A DNA stretch of 64,000 nucleotides from an uncultured Planctomycetota bacterium (GTDB lineage: Bacteria > Planctomycetota > Planctomycetia > Isosphaerales > Isosphaeraceae): contig CAVTTN010000002.1 in assembly GCA_963737655.1 (NCBI GenBank), forward strand, positions 6,016,001 through 6,080,000. Reading direction: 5' to 3'. Below, one piece after another: positions 24,201 through 34,861 of this stretch; the first letter of the stretch is position 1; each line of letters begins with the position of its first letter. Made by a program: the position numbers and the translations under genes. The notes below the pieces were generated by a model that saw only the letters and a list, made by a program, of their open reading frames with translations, was not told the origin of the DNA and made no database searches.

Positions 24201-27200
24201 GCGACCCGCTCGCGACTATCGCCCCGGCGCCGTTGCCGAGGGCGACCGTGCCGGTGACGTCCACCCCGATGGAGTCGCCTTCGACGAGCGCCCCCGCGTC
24301 GGTGGAGAGTCCCGCCCCAGTATCGCCGCTGGCCCCGACCATATTGCCACTGGCCACGATCACGTCCCGATCGCCGGCCGCCGGGCCCCCGACCGTGGCC
24401 CCCGGAGAGCCGGTGAGCCGGATGCCGAACTGGGATTCGCCCCGGGTCGCCGCCCCCGATCGGTCGGTCCGGAAGTAGCTGCCCCGGAACAGATCGCCGG
24501 CCGAGCCGCTCACGCTGGCGCCGGCCCCGCTCGGAGAATATTCGCCCTGGCCGTTGGCCGAGATCAGGTCCCGAGCCGACGCGGCCGACCCGCCGATCGT
24601 CTCGCCCGGGGCGCCGACGATCACCAGGCCGGCCAGGGCGTTGCCGTCGACCGTCTCGCCGTCGGGGTCCAGGCCGAGGAAATCGCCTTCGATCGAGTCG
24701 CCGCCCGGACCTGAGAAGTGGATGCCCTCGTTGAAGCCGGTGATCGCCAGCCCGAGGACCGAGCTCGACCCGCCCGAGAGCGCCAGGCCGATCGTGCCGT
24801 CCGGGCGAGGGGGCGTCGTGGTTCGTGCGCCGTCGAGGCGGATCTGGATCGTCGCGTCGTCCCCCACGGCCAAGGTGTTGGGGGACGCCCCGGGCTGCGA
24901 GTACCCGTCGAGGATGACCGGCCGGGTGAGGTCCGGCAGCGGGGTGGCCGGCGCGATCGTGAACGGGCCGGCGCCGGGGATGTCGAACAGGATCGTGTCG
25001 GGCGACCCGCTGCTCGCCGCATCGACGTCGAGGATCGCCTGCCGGAGCGAGCCGGCGCCCGAGTCGTTCGTGTTCGTGACGACGAAGGTCCTCGGGAAGA
25101 CGGTGATCGTGACCGTAGCCACGTTCGAGGTCGCCGGCCCCTGGGTGTCCCGATAGGTGAATGAATCGGCGCCCGTGAATCCCGGACCGGGCGTGTAGGA
25201 GAACGAGCCGTCGCCCTCCAGCGAGACGCCCCCGTGGGCGGGCCCGGCGACCAGCTCGGGCACGAGGGGGGCCGCGCCGCCGGTCAGGTCGAAGTCGTTC
25301 GCCAGGACGCCCGGGGCGGAGACGTCCCGGGCCTCGTCGATCGAGGCCCCGTACGAGTCGTCGCCCGCATAGAGGGTGGTCGACGTGGACCCGATCGCCA
25401 CGTCGTTGGAGAATTCCGAGGTGTTGCCCGAGGCGTCGGCGGCCGTGGCGCTGGCGACGACGCCGCCCGGGTCGGGCTCGGTGGCGAGGAAGCTCGCGTC
25501 CCCCCGGGAATCGGTCGTCACCGCGACCTGGCCGAGGTAGGTCGCCCCCTGGCCGTAGCCCGAGGGGTCGAATCCGGGGTTGGAGAAGAACTGGATCGTG
25601 AAGGTGGCGTCCGGCGTGCTGTTGAAGGTCCCCTTGATGACGACCTGGCCATCGAGGGCCGCGGCGGCGATGAGGACCGGGGCATTCTGCGAGTCGTTCG
25701 GCCCGGAGTGCGGCCCTCCGGGGGCGTTGGGCGTCACGCCGTCGTCGCCCAGGTCGATGCCGAGGCCGGCGTTGTCGTGGATCGAGTCGAACAGGACGAG
25801 GTCGCCGGTGCCGAGGATCGCCACGCCCGGCCCGCCATTGTCGGCGATCACGACGGCCCCGGCGGCGGTGCCGCCGAGGGTCGTGCCCTGGGCACTCGCG
25901 GTCACGCCGCCGCCTGAGTTGCCGAGCCCCGGGTCCCCCTGGGGATCGGTGCCGATGAAGTCGCCCTGGAGCAGGTCGTCGTTGTCACTCGCGACGAGCC
26001 CGAAGCCCCGATTGCCCGAGATCACGTTGCCGGCCCCGGCGGTCGTCCCGCCCACCGTGTTGAAGCCGTCGATCAGGTCGACCCCGTCGCGGCCGTTGCC
26101 CAGGACGAGCCGGCCGCTTGGGTCCGTCCCGATGAAGTTGCCCTGGACGAGGTTATAGCTGGCGTAGGCAGAAGTCAGGACGATCCCGGCGCCCAGGTTG
26201 CCCGAGATCACGTTGCCGGCGCCCAGGGCCGTCCCGCCGATGGTGTTGGATCGCTCGTCGATGTCGTCGATCCCGTCGCCGCTGTTGGGCAGGGCCCGGG
26301 TCCCGGTGAGGTCGGTGCCGATCCGGTTGCCCTGGATCAGGTTCGACCCCTCCTGCTGAGAGGTCAGCGTGATGCCGTCCCAGCCGCTGGCCGAGATCAC
26401 GTTGCCCTGCCCGGCGCGGCGCCCCCGATCGTGTTCCGGCCCGCCGAGGAGTAGATCCCCGACGAGCCGTTTCCCAGCGCCTTCGTGCCCGTGACATCGG
26501 TGCCGATCAGGTTCCCCTGCACGAGGATGCCGTCGGCCGCCAGGTCAATCCCCGTGCCCGATCCCCCCGAGATCAAATTGTCGAGCACCTGGCTGTTCGG
26601 GCCCACGACCACGCCCGAGCCGTTGCCCAGCGCCTTCGTGCCGGTCACGTCGGTGCCGATCCGGTTCCCCTGGATCAGGGCATCCCCATCGGCGGAGACC
26701 CCGTGGCCATCGAGGTTCGTCCCCGTCAGGACGTTCGCGTCGGCCGGGGCCGGCCCCCCGACCGTGGCGCCCGGGGACGACCGGAGCCGGACCGCGCCGT
26801 TGGAGGCGCCCACGACCACCGTCCCCGTGCGGTCGGTCCCGAAGTAGCTGCCGAGGATTACGTCCCCGGCCGAGTCGCTCGCCAGGACGCCCTCGCCGAA
26901 GTCGTCGAAGGTCAATCCCTCCCGGCTGCTGGCCGCGATCAGGTCCCGGTCTCCGGGCGCCGTCCCGCCGATCGTCACCGCCGGGGTCCCGTCGAGGAAC
27001 ACGCCGAAGTCCGCGTTCTCGTCCAGGGTGGTCCCGTCCGCGTCGAGGCCCACGAAGTCGCCCGCGATCAGGTCGACCCCCGGGCCTTCCAGGTGGATCC
27101 CGTTGTTGAAGTCCGTGATCGACAGCCCCCGGACCAGGCTGCTCCCGCCCGAGATCGCCAGGCCATCGACCGAGGCCCCGGCCTTCGCGCCGTCGAGGCG

Positions 27201-27572
27201 GATCGCGATCGCGGCATTATCGCCCTGCGCCAGCGTATTTTGGCTCGAACCGGGCTGCGAATCTCCGTCGATGACGACGGCCCCGGTGATCGTGGGCAGG
27301 GCCGAGGCCGGCGAGATGCTCCACGTCCCGGTGGCGGCGTTGAAACCGGGGTCGGTGGCCGGGATCGCGAAGGCGATGACGTCGGGATCGGTTGGGGCGT
27401 CGGTCGCGTCGGCGTTGACCTGGCCGATCGCCCAGCGGAGCGAGCCGGGGGCGGCGTCGTCGAGGGTGTCCAGGACCGTGAAGGTCGTGCTCAGGAGCCT
27501 CCGGAGCTCGAGCACCTCGACCGGCGCGCAGCCCCCCGGCCGTCGGCCGACGTTGCTTCCTGCGCTCGCCAC
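21261..27572 (-). CDS. Giant secreted protein (~2100 aa): parallel beta-helix repeats, cadherin-like, DUF11-like and Big_3 Ig-like domains (frameshifts near 26410, 23790, 22350)
   Basis: VEVLELRRLLS leader; GSLRWAI and GSLRQAI; repeated NVISGN...IQGNxIGTDxTGT.ALGN; GIDLGxDGVTPN; SATAxDxxGNTSEFS; GVLAND...FTGADSFTY; NPSALGQAVTFTATV. Confidence 0.85.
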
Positions 27573-27694
27573 CCCGCCTCGCCCGCGAGGCCCCGAAGAT
27601 CGGCAGGTCCATCGGCCCCGTCCCCCTCCCGTCGTCCCGACGTCGGCGATCCTTGCAGGGAGTGCCCCGGCCGGCTCCGATAGAGATTCCTATT

Positions 27695-28855
27695 CTAACA
27701 TGTAAACTGGGTTCGTGCAAGCAATCCGATACGCGCGTACAGATTTCGCGGACGGAGCCGCCGACCGGGGCCGATGCCGGGCCGGGGGTGACTCGGGCCT
27801 CCCGGCCCGGGCTCAGCGCGGAGGAAGGAGGTCGAACCTCGGCCCTGGGCCGGTCCTTTCGGCCGGGCGTCGCGCTCCCAGGCCCGGGCCAGGCGGTCGA
27901 GGCCGACCCGGGCGCAGAGGTCGGCCAGGTCGAGCCGGGCGGCCGGCTCGTCGAGCCGGGCGAGGGCCTCGTCGAGCCGCCGGCCCAGGGGGATCGGGTC
28001 GAGGGCCTCGCGGAGCCTCTCGGCCGAGTCGGCGGCCTGGCGGGCCTCGGCGTCCCGTCCGGCGGCCTTCAGGGCCCGGGCCAGGCGAGACCGGGTCCGC
28101 CAGTCCTGCGGGAGCGATTGCAGGGCCCGGCCGAGCTCCTCGGCGGCGAGCTCGGGTTTGTGGTCGAATTCGAGGTCCCAGCGGCCCCGGAGGCGATCAA
28201 AACGGGCGTCGCGGACCGCGTCCGGCCAGGTTTCGAGGACGGTCCGGCCCCGGTCGGGCTGGCCGGCGTCGATCAGGGCCAGGGCGAGGGCCTCTCGGGC
28301 GGGCGCATCGGTGGGCCGAGCGTGGACGATCGCATCGAGCTCGGCGATCCGAGCCGGCCGGTCGGGGTCTCCGGGGTGAGGGGCGGCGGCGATCCGTCGG
28401 AGCAAGGCGACCCGGGCGTCGAGATCGTTCGGGTCGCTCCGCGACCACCGGGCCAGGGCCGAGCGGGCGATCGAGTCGGGAGGCTCGGCCAGGAGGGCGA
28501 GGGTCATCGCCTTGAGGATGTTCCGCCGGGCCCGCTCCGGGACCGCCTCATACGCTTTCCAGCCCTCAGCTTGCGCCTCCAATGGCCGATCCTCCACCCG
28601 GAGCACTTCCAGCCGGAGGAGCCACGGGTCGGGATCGCTCGGCTCGGCGGCGATGGCCCGAGCCAGGGCCTTCTCCGCCTCGGCCGCCTTGCCCTCGGCA
28701 AGCAGGGCGCGGGCCTCCGCCAGAGGGGCAGGCCGGGAAGGCCCGGATTGCGAGCGAACGGCCCAGACCGCCGCGACGCCGAGGGCCAGGATCACTACCC
28801 CCGCCACGGCTGGGATCACTTTCGCACGCTTTTGTGTGGAAGAAGGCTTGCTCAT
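27695..28855 (-). CDS. Membrane-anchored tetratricopeptide-repeat protein (3' end uncertain)
   Basis: N-terminal TM VIPAVAGVVILALGVAAVWAV followed by Ala/Leu/Arg-rich TPR-like helices. Confidence 0.75.
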   Translation of the reverse strand: MSKPSSTQKRAKVIPAVAGVVILALGVAAVWAVRSQSGPSRPAPLAEARALLAEGKAAEAEKALARAIAAEPSDPDPWLLRLEVLRVEDRPLEAQAEGWKAYEAVPERARRNILKAMTLALLAEPPDSIARSALARWSRSDPNDLDARVALLRRIAAAPHPGDPDRPARIAELDAIVHARPTDAPAREALALALIDAGQPDRGRTVLETWPDAVRDARFDRLRGRWDLEFDHKPELAAEELGRALQSLPQDWRTRSRLARALKAAGRDAEARQAADSAERLREALDPIPLGRRLDEALARLDEPAARLDLADLCARVGLDRLARAWERDARPKGPAQGRGSTSFLRAEPGPGGPSHPRPGIGPGRRLRPRNLYARIGLLARTQFTC

Positions 28856-28919
28856 CGGTTAGGGTGCATGAAATGCACCAATCCTGCGCGGGCCAAGCCC
28901 GCCCTTCCCCGTCCTCAGG

Positions 28920-30209
28920 TTATGTGTCCAGGCCGAATAGGTGCTTTACGGCGTTGAGGATGGGGTGGGGCTTTCCCTCGTCCGGAGGGTTTGCGGCGGC
29001 CGTTCTCAGGGCCGATCTCGGATGGTGGAGGAACTGGTTCTGGAGCCGGTGGACCAGGTGAGCGACCTTCTCCTTCTGCCCTTCGGTCAGCTCGGGGCAC
29101 GCGCCGAAGAAGCGGTCGAGCTCGCGGAGGCTCACCGCGTCGGCGTAGTCGCCGAGCTGCCGGAGCAGGGCCCCAGCGTGCTTTTTATGTCTTAAATTGG
29201 CCAAGCAAAGCGCGGTTTCCCGTTCGAGGATCGCGCGGGCCGGCTCGATCCCTTTCTTGCGGCCCTGGAGGTTCCTCTCGACCTGGGCGCGGAGGTCGTC
29301 CACGTTGTAAAGCATGACCTGGTCGGAGATTTCGCCGATCTCAGGCTCGAAGTCCCGGGGCACGGCGATGTCCAGGATCAGGGCCAGGCGATTGCGGCGT
29401 GCCCTCTGGACCCGGCCATACATGGCCTTGGTGACGATCGGCTGCTCGGCCGCCGTGGTGCTCACGACGACGTCGGCCTCGATCAGGGCTTGGCCGAGCC
29501 TGTCAAATTCGGCGACTTCGCCGTTCCACTTCGCGGCCAGGATCTGGGCCCGTTCGGGGTTGCGGTTGACGACGACGATCCGGCCGGGCTTCAGGGTCGC
29601 CAGGTGCTGGAGGGTCAGCTCGGCCATCTTGCCGGCGCCGATCACCAGGACGGTCTTGTCCCGGAAGCTGTCGAACACCTCCCGGGCCACGTCCACGGCC
29701 ACGCTCGCCACCGAGAGCTTGCCTTGATCTAAACCCGTGTCGGATCGCACTTTCTTGCCGACGCGAAGCGCGTCCTGGAACACCGAGTGGAGGATCGGCC
29801 CGACCGATTTCGCCGCCACGGCGGCCTGGTAGGCGTCACGGACCTGCCCGAGGATCTGCCCCTCGCCGAGGACGAGGCTTTCGAGGCTCGACGCCACCCG
29901 GAACAGGTGGGCGACGACCGCGTCATCATGATGGGCCACCAGATGAGGGGCGAACCCGGACGGCTCCAACGTGTGAAACTGGGCCATCCAGGCGGTCAGG
30001 GTGTCCACGGCGGGGATGGCAAGCTCGTCGTCGCTGGCGGAGTAGACCTCGACGCGGTTGCAGGTGGAAAGGAGGACGAACTCGTTGTTGGGAAAGGTGT
30101 TGTGGAGATCCTGAAGGGCACGATCATGGCCCGAGGCGTCGAAGGCGAGGGCCTCCCGGACCGCCGTGGGGGCCGATCGGTGGTCCACCCCGAGGGCCAG
30201 GAGCTTCAC
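28920..30209 (-). CDS. hemA: Glutamyl-tRNA reductase
   Basis: GVDHRSAPTAVREAL, LSTCNRVEVY, HLFRVASSLESLVLGEGQILGQV, VIGAGKMA, DIAVPRD; GTG start overlaps the upstream stop. Confidence 0.97.
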   Translation of the reverse strand: MKLLALGVDHRSAPTAVREALAFDASGHDRALQDLHNTFPNNEFVLLSTCNRVEVYSASDDELAIPAVDTLTAWMAQFHTLEPSGFAPHLVAHHDDAVVAHLFRVASSLESLVLGEGQILGQVRDAYQAAVAAKSVGPILHSVFQDALRVGKKVRSDTGLDQGKLSVASVAVDVAREVFDSFRDKTVLVIGAGKMAELTLQHLATLKPGRIVVVNRNPERAQILAAKWNGEVAEFDRLGQALIEADVVVSTTAAEQPIVTKAMYGRVQRARRNRLALILDIAVPRDFEPEIGEISDQVMLYNVDDLRAQVERNLQGRKKGIEPARAILERETALCLANLRHKKHAGALLRQLGDYADAVSLRELDRFFGACPELTEGQKEKVAHLVHRLQNQFLHHPRSALRTAAANPPDEGKPHPILNAVKHLFGLDT

Positions 30210-31069
30210 GGCCGGACCTCCGGGGCCGTCGCGACCCTCCTGCCGCCGTGGGCCGTGGGCAGGAGCAACCCCACGCCGACCATCGCGAAGGCCAGGAATG
30301 CGAACGCGACCACGGTCAGGACCATCACCCGCTTCCCCCGCCACTCCGACCGATACCTCGCGTTCAGGAGGCCCGTGAAGACGATCCATAAAGCCAGGGT
30401 GCTCAGGACTTTCGGATCGGTCCACCCCAGCACTTCCCCGCCCGCCCTCTTGGTCGCGACGATCAGGCCCAGGCCGATCAGGAGGCCCGCCGTCAGCAGG
30501 GGGAACGCCCCGGTGATCGCCCCCCGGTTCCATCGCTCGGATTGCTCCAGGCTGGGGAGGATGAACCCGATCCGGGGCGGCCGTTTGTGCTTAAGCCGAC
30601 TGGCCTGAACCAGATACATCAATCCCGCCGCGAACGCCACGCACGTGCAGACCGCCCCGGCCAGGAGCAAGAGCCCGTGGACGGCCCCCCAGAACGTCAT
30701 CCACCCGCCGCCCCAGCCGGTCCACTCGGCCCGAGGGGCCCGGCCGGCGACGACCAAAATGGCCAGGACCACCGGCAAGAGGAAGACCCCCACCGCCACC
30801 GGCCGAGGGGACCGGATCTCCAGGTACAGGTCGATCGCAACCAGAATCCACGCCAGGGCTAACAGCGATTCGAACACCGTGGTGACCGGCAGCTCGCCGA
30901 CGGTCCACGCCCGGTTGGCAAGATACGCGGTATGGACAATCCAGCCAAGCCCGGTGAGCGCCAACGTGGCATACCAGCGCCCTCGCCCCCGGACGACGAA
31001 CCGGACGAGGTCGCCGGCCAGGGCCAGGGCATAGGTGCCCCCGAAGCAAAGGACGCTCAAGCGATCCAT
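30206..31069 (-). CDS. Cytochrome c assembly protein (CcsA/HemX-like)
   Basis: About eight TM segments; LPSLEQSER, WTDPKV, WRGKR; coupled to hemA as commonly seen. Confidence 0.88.
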   Translation of the reverse strand: MDRLSVLCFGGTYALALAGDLVRFVVRGRGRWYATLALTGLGWIVHTAYLANRAWTVGELPVTTVFESLLALAWILVAIDLYLEIRSPRPVAVGVFLLPVVLAILVVAGRAPRAEWTGWGGGWMTFWGAVHGLLLLAGAVCTCVAFAAGLMYLVQASRLKHKRPPRIGFILPSLEQSERWNRGAITGAFPLLTAGLLIGLGLIVATKRAGGEVLGWTDPKVLSTLALWIVFTGLLNARYRSEWRGKRVMVLTVVAFAFLAFAMVGVGLLLPTAHGGRRVATAPEVRP

Positions 31070-31272
31070 TCCGAACAACGCCCTCCGAACCCTCGCCCGA
31101 TCGACCCCGAGGACGCATCCCGGCCATTGTAGCGAGCGGAGGGGCCAGCTCCCAGGGGCGGGCGTGGCCAATCGAGGGTCAGCCGTCATCGCTCTCGATC
31201 CGGGAGTTCCCGGGTGGCCGGACCGGGCCGATCCGAGATGGACCCGGAATCGAGAGCAACACCCGAAGGCCC

Positions 31273-31684
31273 TCAGGGCGGGAAGAGGTCGAACATCCCT
31301 TCGGCTTCACGAATCTTCAGGCGCCTGGGATGGTTGAGCTCCAGGGTCTCGACCGTGGCCCTCCCGCAAGGCGTCCGTCCATAGAGGAACGGTCCATCCC
31401 ATCGGAAATGCTCTGCCCAGAGCCTCGTTTCGGGGATGGAAAAGAGGTACGAAGGCGGCGTTTTCCGGGTCGGGGGCGTCGATGCGATCCGATTTTCGGA
31501 GATTGCACCCCGGGCAGGACCAGGCCAGGTTGTGGAGGTCTGAAGTCCCTCCCCGCGAGCGGGGACGGATGTGCTCGACGTGAAACGTTGCCCCCTGGAG
31601 GGCCTGATGCATCCGGCAATACTCGCAACGATCCCCGGCCCGATCGCGGACGAACCGGATCGTCTCGGCCGAGGGGCCGCTCAT
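31273..31684 (-). CDS. HNH endonuclease (frameshift near 31420)
   Basis: VRDRAGDRCEYC...FHVEHIRPRSRGG...NLAWSCPGCNLRK...LFHPR, continuing in another frame as WAEHFRWDG...TPCGRATVETLELN. Confidence 0.9.
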
Positions 31685-31911
31685 CCGGGAGACTGCCCCA
31701 GGAGCCGAATCGCCTGGGCCCGGACCAGCGCCAGCGATTCGCTCCACTCGACGAGGGTTCGCAGCTCCTCGACTTCTTCGGAAGTCAAATCCCCTTCGGT
31801 ATTTCGGTCCATGAGGTCTTGCAGCCGACGATCGGCCCGAGGAGGCAGCCGGAGGGCCGCGACGTCCTGGATCATCTCCCGAGGGGCAGGGAGCGTGGGG
31901 GAAGTATTCAT
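31681..31911 (-). CDS. Small acidic helical protein coupled to HNH gene (putative antitoxin)
   Basis: 76 aa, RLQDLMDRNTEGDLTSEEVEELRTLV; ATGA overlap with the HNH start. Confidence 0.75.
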   Translation of the reverse strand: MNTSPTLPAPREMIQDVAALRLPPRADRRLQDLMDRNTEGDLTSEEVEELRTLVEWSESLALVRAQAIRLLGQSPG

Positions 31912-31962
31912 GGTCTCCAGAGTACCACAAGGACTCTGCTCAAACCAGTTCTCCGAACGTTC

Positions 31963-32460
31963 TCAGGTGGGGCGGGATTTCGAGTCATCCACCCATTCCT
32001 GGAACCAGGTCTCGCCCTGTTTGAGCAATTCGATGCGCGATTCGTCGGTCTCCGAATTCAGCCGGGCCTGGACGAAACCGAGGAGGCGGGCGGCGAGCGG
32101 GGGATCGACCTCGAATGCGCTGCCCATGTAGGCGTCGAAGCTGCGGGATCGGCCCTCGATGTAGTCCATCACGAACTCGTCGCCGCCCCTTCGCAGGAGC
32201 TGCTCGGCCAGCTCGCTGACCCGGCCGTCGATGCACCAGGCTTCGGTCGAGAATTCGGTCTCGGCCCGGTAGAGGTCGCGGATCAGGAGGATGGGGGCGG
32301 ATGCGGCATCGGCCTCAACGGCGTCGAGGACCGCCTCGCGGAAGACCTGGTTGCGGTCGGCGAAATCGTCGTCGTCGAGCCCGTTCCAGTCGAACCGGAT
32401 TCGAGGCTCGTCGTCGGAAGTGTAGGCAGAGATGAAGGATCGGATCTCGGTTTCGTCCAC
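31963..32460 (-). CDS. Hypothetical acidic protein
   Basis: 165-aa ORF with protein-like composition (RIRFDWNG...FADRN...LIRDLY...EAW); in series with its neighbours. Confidence 0.75.
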   Translation of the reverse strand: MDETEIRSFISAYTSDDEPRIRFDWNGLDDDDFADRNQVFREAVLDAVEADAASAPILLIRDLYRAETEFSTEAWCIDGRVSELAEQLLRRGGDEFVMDYIEGRSRSFDAYMGSAFEVDPPLAARLLGFVQARLNSETDESRIELLKQGETWFQEWVDDSKSRPT

Positions 32461-32475
32461 GGGAACTCCGCTTTT

Positions 32476-33667
32476 TCAGGGTGTCTTGACGCACCGGAAC
32501 CCGACGTGGTTGCTGGAGGTTCGGGCCTCGCCCTTGCCTCGGGTCCCGACCATGTAGCGGGTGCAGTATTGATCGGTGCAGAGGAACGAGCCGCCCCGGT
32601 GGACTTTTTTCTTCTCGGTCGGCTCGGCCGGGTCGAAGGGGGAGTCGGGGCCCTGGGGGTTCTTCGCCACTCCGCCGCGATCGGCGAGCGATTGGTAATA
32701 ATCTGGCCGATACCAGTCGCTCGTCCATTCCCAGGCGTTGCCGGCGACGTCGAAGAGGCCATAGCCGTTCGGGGGAAACTGGGCAACCGGGGCAAGGCCG
32801 GAGAAACCATCCTCGGCGGTGTCGGTGACCGGGAACGGGCCCTGATAGGTGTTGGCCATGAACTTCCCACCCGGGTTCAGGTCGTCTCCCCAGGCATAAA
32901 GTTTCCCGGCAAGGCCACCTCGGGCGGCAAACTCGAACTCCGCTTCCGTCGGCAAGCGTTTGCCCGCCCATTTCGCGAAGGCCGCGGCGTCCTCGAACGT
33001 GATGTGGACGACCGGGAAATTGGCGCGGCCTTTCAGGGTTGAATCCGGGCCGTCGGGATGCCTCCAGTCGGCGCCTTTTTCGTACCGCCACCAGCGGAAA
33101 TGATTATCCAGGGGCACGGGAGCGGCCGAGGGGGTGAAGACCGTGGAGCCGGCCACGAGGTTCTCGGGCGGGGCGTCGGGGAACTCCTCCTTCGTGGGGG
33201 CTTTCTCGGCGACCGTCACGTAACCGGTGGATTCGACAAACTTTGCGAACTGGGCATTGGTGACCTCGGTCCGGTCCATCCAGAAGCCATCGACGGAAAC
33301 CCGGTGGATCGGCCGGGCGTCGGGCATGGCGTCGGGGCCTCCGCAGAGGCTGGCGCGGGGGTCGTCGCTGCCCATCGAGAACTCGCCCCCGGGAATCCAG
33401 GCCATGCCCTCGGGCGCGGGCGTCGGGGCGGGCGGGATTCGGGACGGTCGGGCCGAACGGGGAGCGATCGGCGGCCGGCGCGGTCGCGGGAAGTGGTTTT
33501 TCCGAAGGGGTTTCCGTCCGAGGGACGAATACGAAGGCCGCGAGCAATCCAGCCGACACCCCGACCAGGCCGGCGGCGATCAGCCGCCAGAGGCGGGCCC
33601 GGGTCGGGGGTTCGGCCGGCGGGAAGGGAGACAGCCGTTTCTTAGATTTCGAAGCCACTCGGGTCAT
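32476..33667 (-). CDS. Formylglycine-generating enzyme (SUMF1/FGE-sulfatase) family protein with N-terminal TM (frameshift near 33420)
   Basis: WIPGGEFSMGS, EVTNAQF, RLPTEAEFEFAARGG, PNGYGLFDVAGNAWEW, RGGSFLCTDQYCTRY, HVGFRC. Confidence 0.93.
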
Positions 33668-33999
33668 CCCAGCTTGGAAGGGGGCGAGGCCGACCCTCAT
33701 CTTGGCCGAGAAGGCCGGGCCTTGGCTATGGTCCAGGCCCAGACCGGGGTCGAGACCCGCCTCCGATCCCCGATCGGCCCGCTTCCTGGATTGCTCCAAA
33801 CCGCCTTTTCCGGCCGGGAATCTTGTGGGCGTGTGAAGAATCGGGGTGTAGAACGCTCGCCAGGGCCGTGAACTCGTCAGCGGTCCGCTCCTTCACAAAT
33901 CGGCCCGCAATGATGGTTTGCGTCGCGTTCTTTCGACGTCTCCTTGCCTGCGGGTCGGGTGGAAGGCTATGTTGAAGATATGGTAAAGGGCCCGTATCG

Positions 34000-34392
34000 A
34001 TGTTCGGAGCGTCGAAAAGTCCCCTCGATCGCACCCCGTATTCTCGCTCCCCGGAGAGTCGGCCGCTGAGCCTCCAGGAGTCCACTGGGGAGTATGTTTT
34101 CGTGGTGGATCTGGCGGAGACGATCCACGTCGCCCCCAACGTCCCCCACATGCATCCCCGGGTCCTGGGCCTGGCCCAGGACGCTCTGTACGCGGGCGAG
34201 CTTGCCATCGATGGCCCGGGTCATGTCCGGGAAGTCACGAATCTCAGCGGAACGTTTCCATTCGACAGCCAACAAGCGCTCTGCTGCGTGGCGAAGAATT
34301 TGCAAAACCTCGGATTTGTGTTGCCCGGCGGCGTGGTCCGGTGGTTTCCGCCGGATGGCTTGACCCGTCCCCTACCGCTTCGGTGTCTCTAG
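34000..34392 (+). CDS. Hypothetical protein with a putative toxin/nuclease-like motif set (start uncertain)
   Basis: YVFVVD...HMHPRVLG...YAGEL...VTNLSGTF; somewhat lower GC than the flanks. Confidence 0.6.
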   Translation: MFGASKSPLDRTPYSRSPESRPLSLQESTGEYVFVVDLAETIHVAPNVPHMHPRVLGLAQDALYAGELAIDGPGHVREVTNLSGTFPFDSQQALCCVAKNLQNLGFVLPGGVVRWFPPDGLTRPLPLRCL

Positions 34393-34405
34393 AGGGGCCA
34401 TCCGC

Positions 34406-34861
34406 GTGCGTAAGCTCATCGCGGTCCTGGAACGAGACGCGGAGAGGGCCGGGCGGATGGCCTCGTGGCTCGACGATCGCCTTGCTATGTATGACAGATT
34501 CCTGGAACCGGACCCCGAAGCGGTGGTCGGGGCGATCGGTCCGAGGTTGGGGGACGTGCTGGTCCTCTGCCTGGGTCGCGAATCGCTGGGAGGGCCGAAC
34601 GGCGAGGCCCTTTTGACCGATTTCCTCCTGGCCCAGCCGGTGCGGTTCCCGATCCTGGTCCACTCCGAAGAGGGCCCCGGGCCGGGCGAGCGGATCGATC
34701 GATTGGGCCGGAAAGGCTGGACCCTGAAGACGATCGGGCCGATCCGGGGCGACGATTGGTTCGGGACGAGGTGGTATCCGGCGTTGAAGACGGCCCTGTA
34801 CGACCTGGCCGGGGCCGGACCCGCCCCGATCCTTCCCGGGACGGGCGGGGTGGTCGGGTGA
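34406..34861 (+). CDS. Degenerate receiver-like paralogue of the downstream gene
   Basis: IAVLERDAERAGRM...VLCLGRE...PILVHS...GW...IGP..GDDW aligns by eye with the downstream protein. Confidence 0.65.
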   Translation: MRKLIAVLERDAERAGRMASWLDDRLAMYDRFLEPDPEAVVGAIGPRLGDVLVLCLGRESLGGPNGEALLTDFLLAQPVRFPILVHSEEGPGPGERIDRLGRKGWTLKTIGPIRGDDWFGTRWYPALKTALYDLAGAGPAPILPGTGGVVG

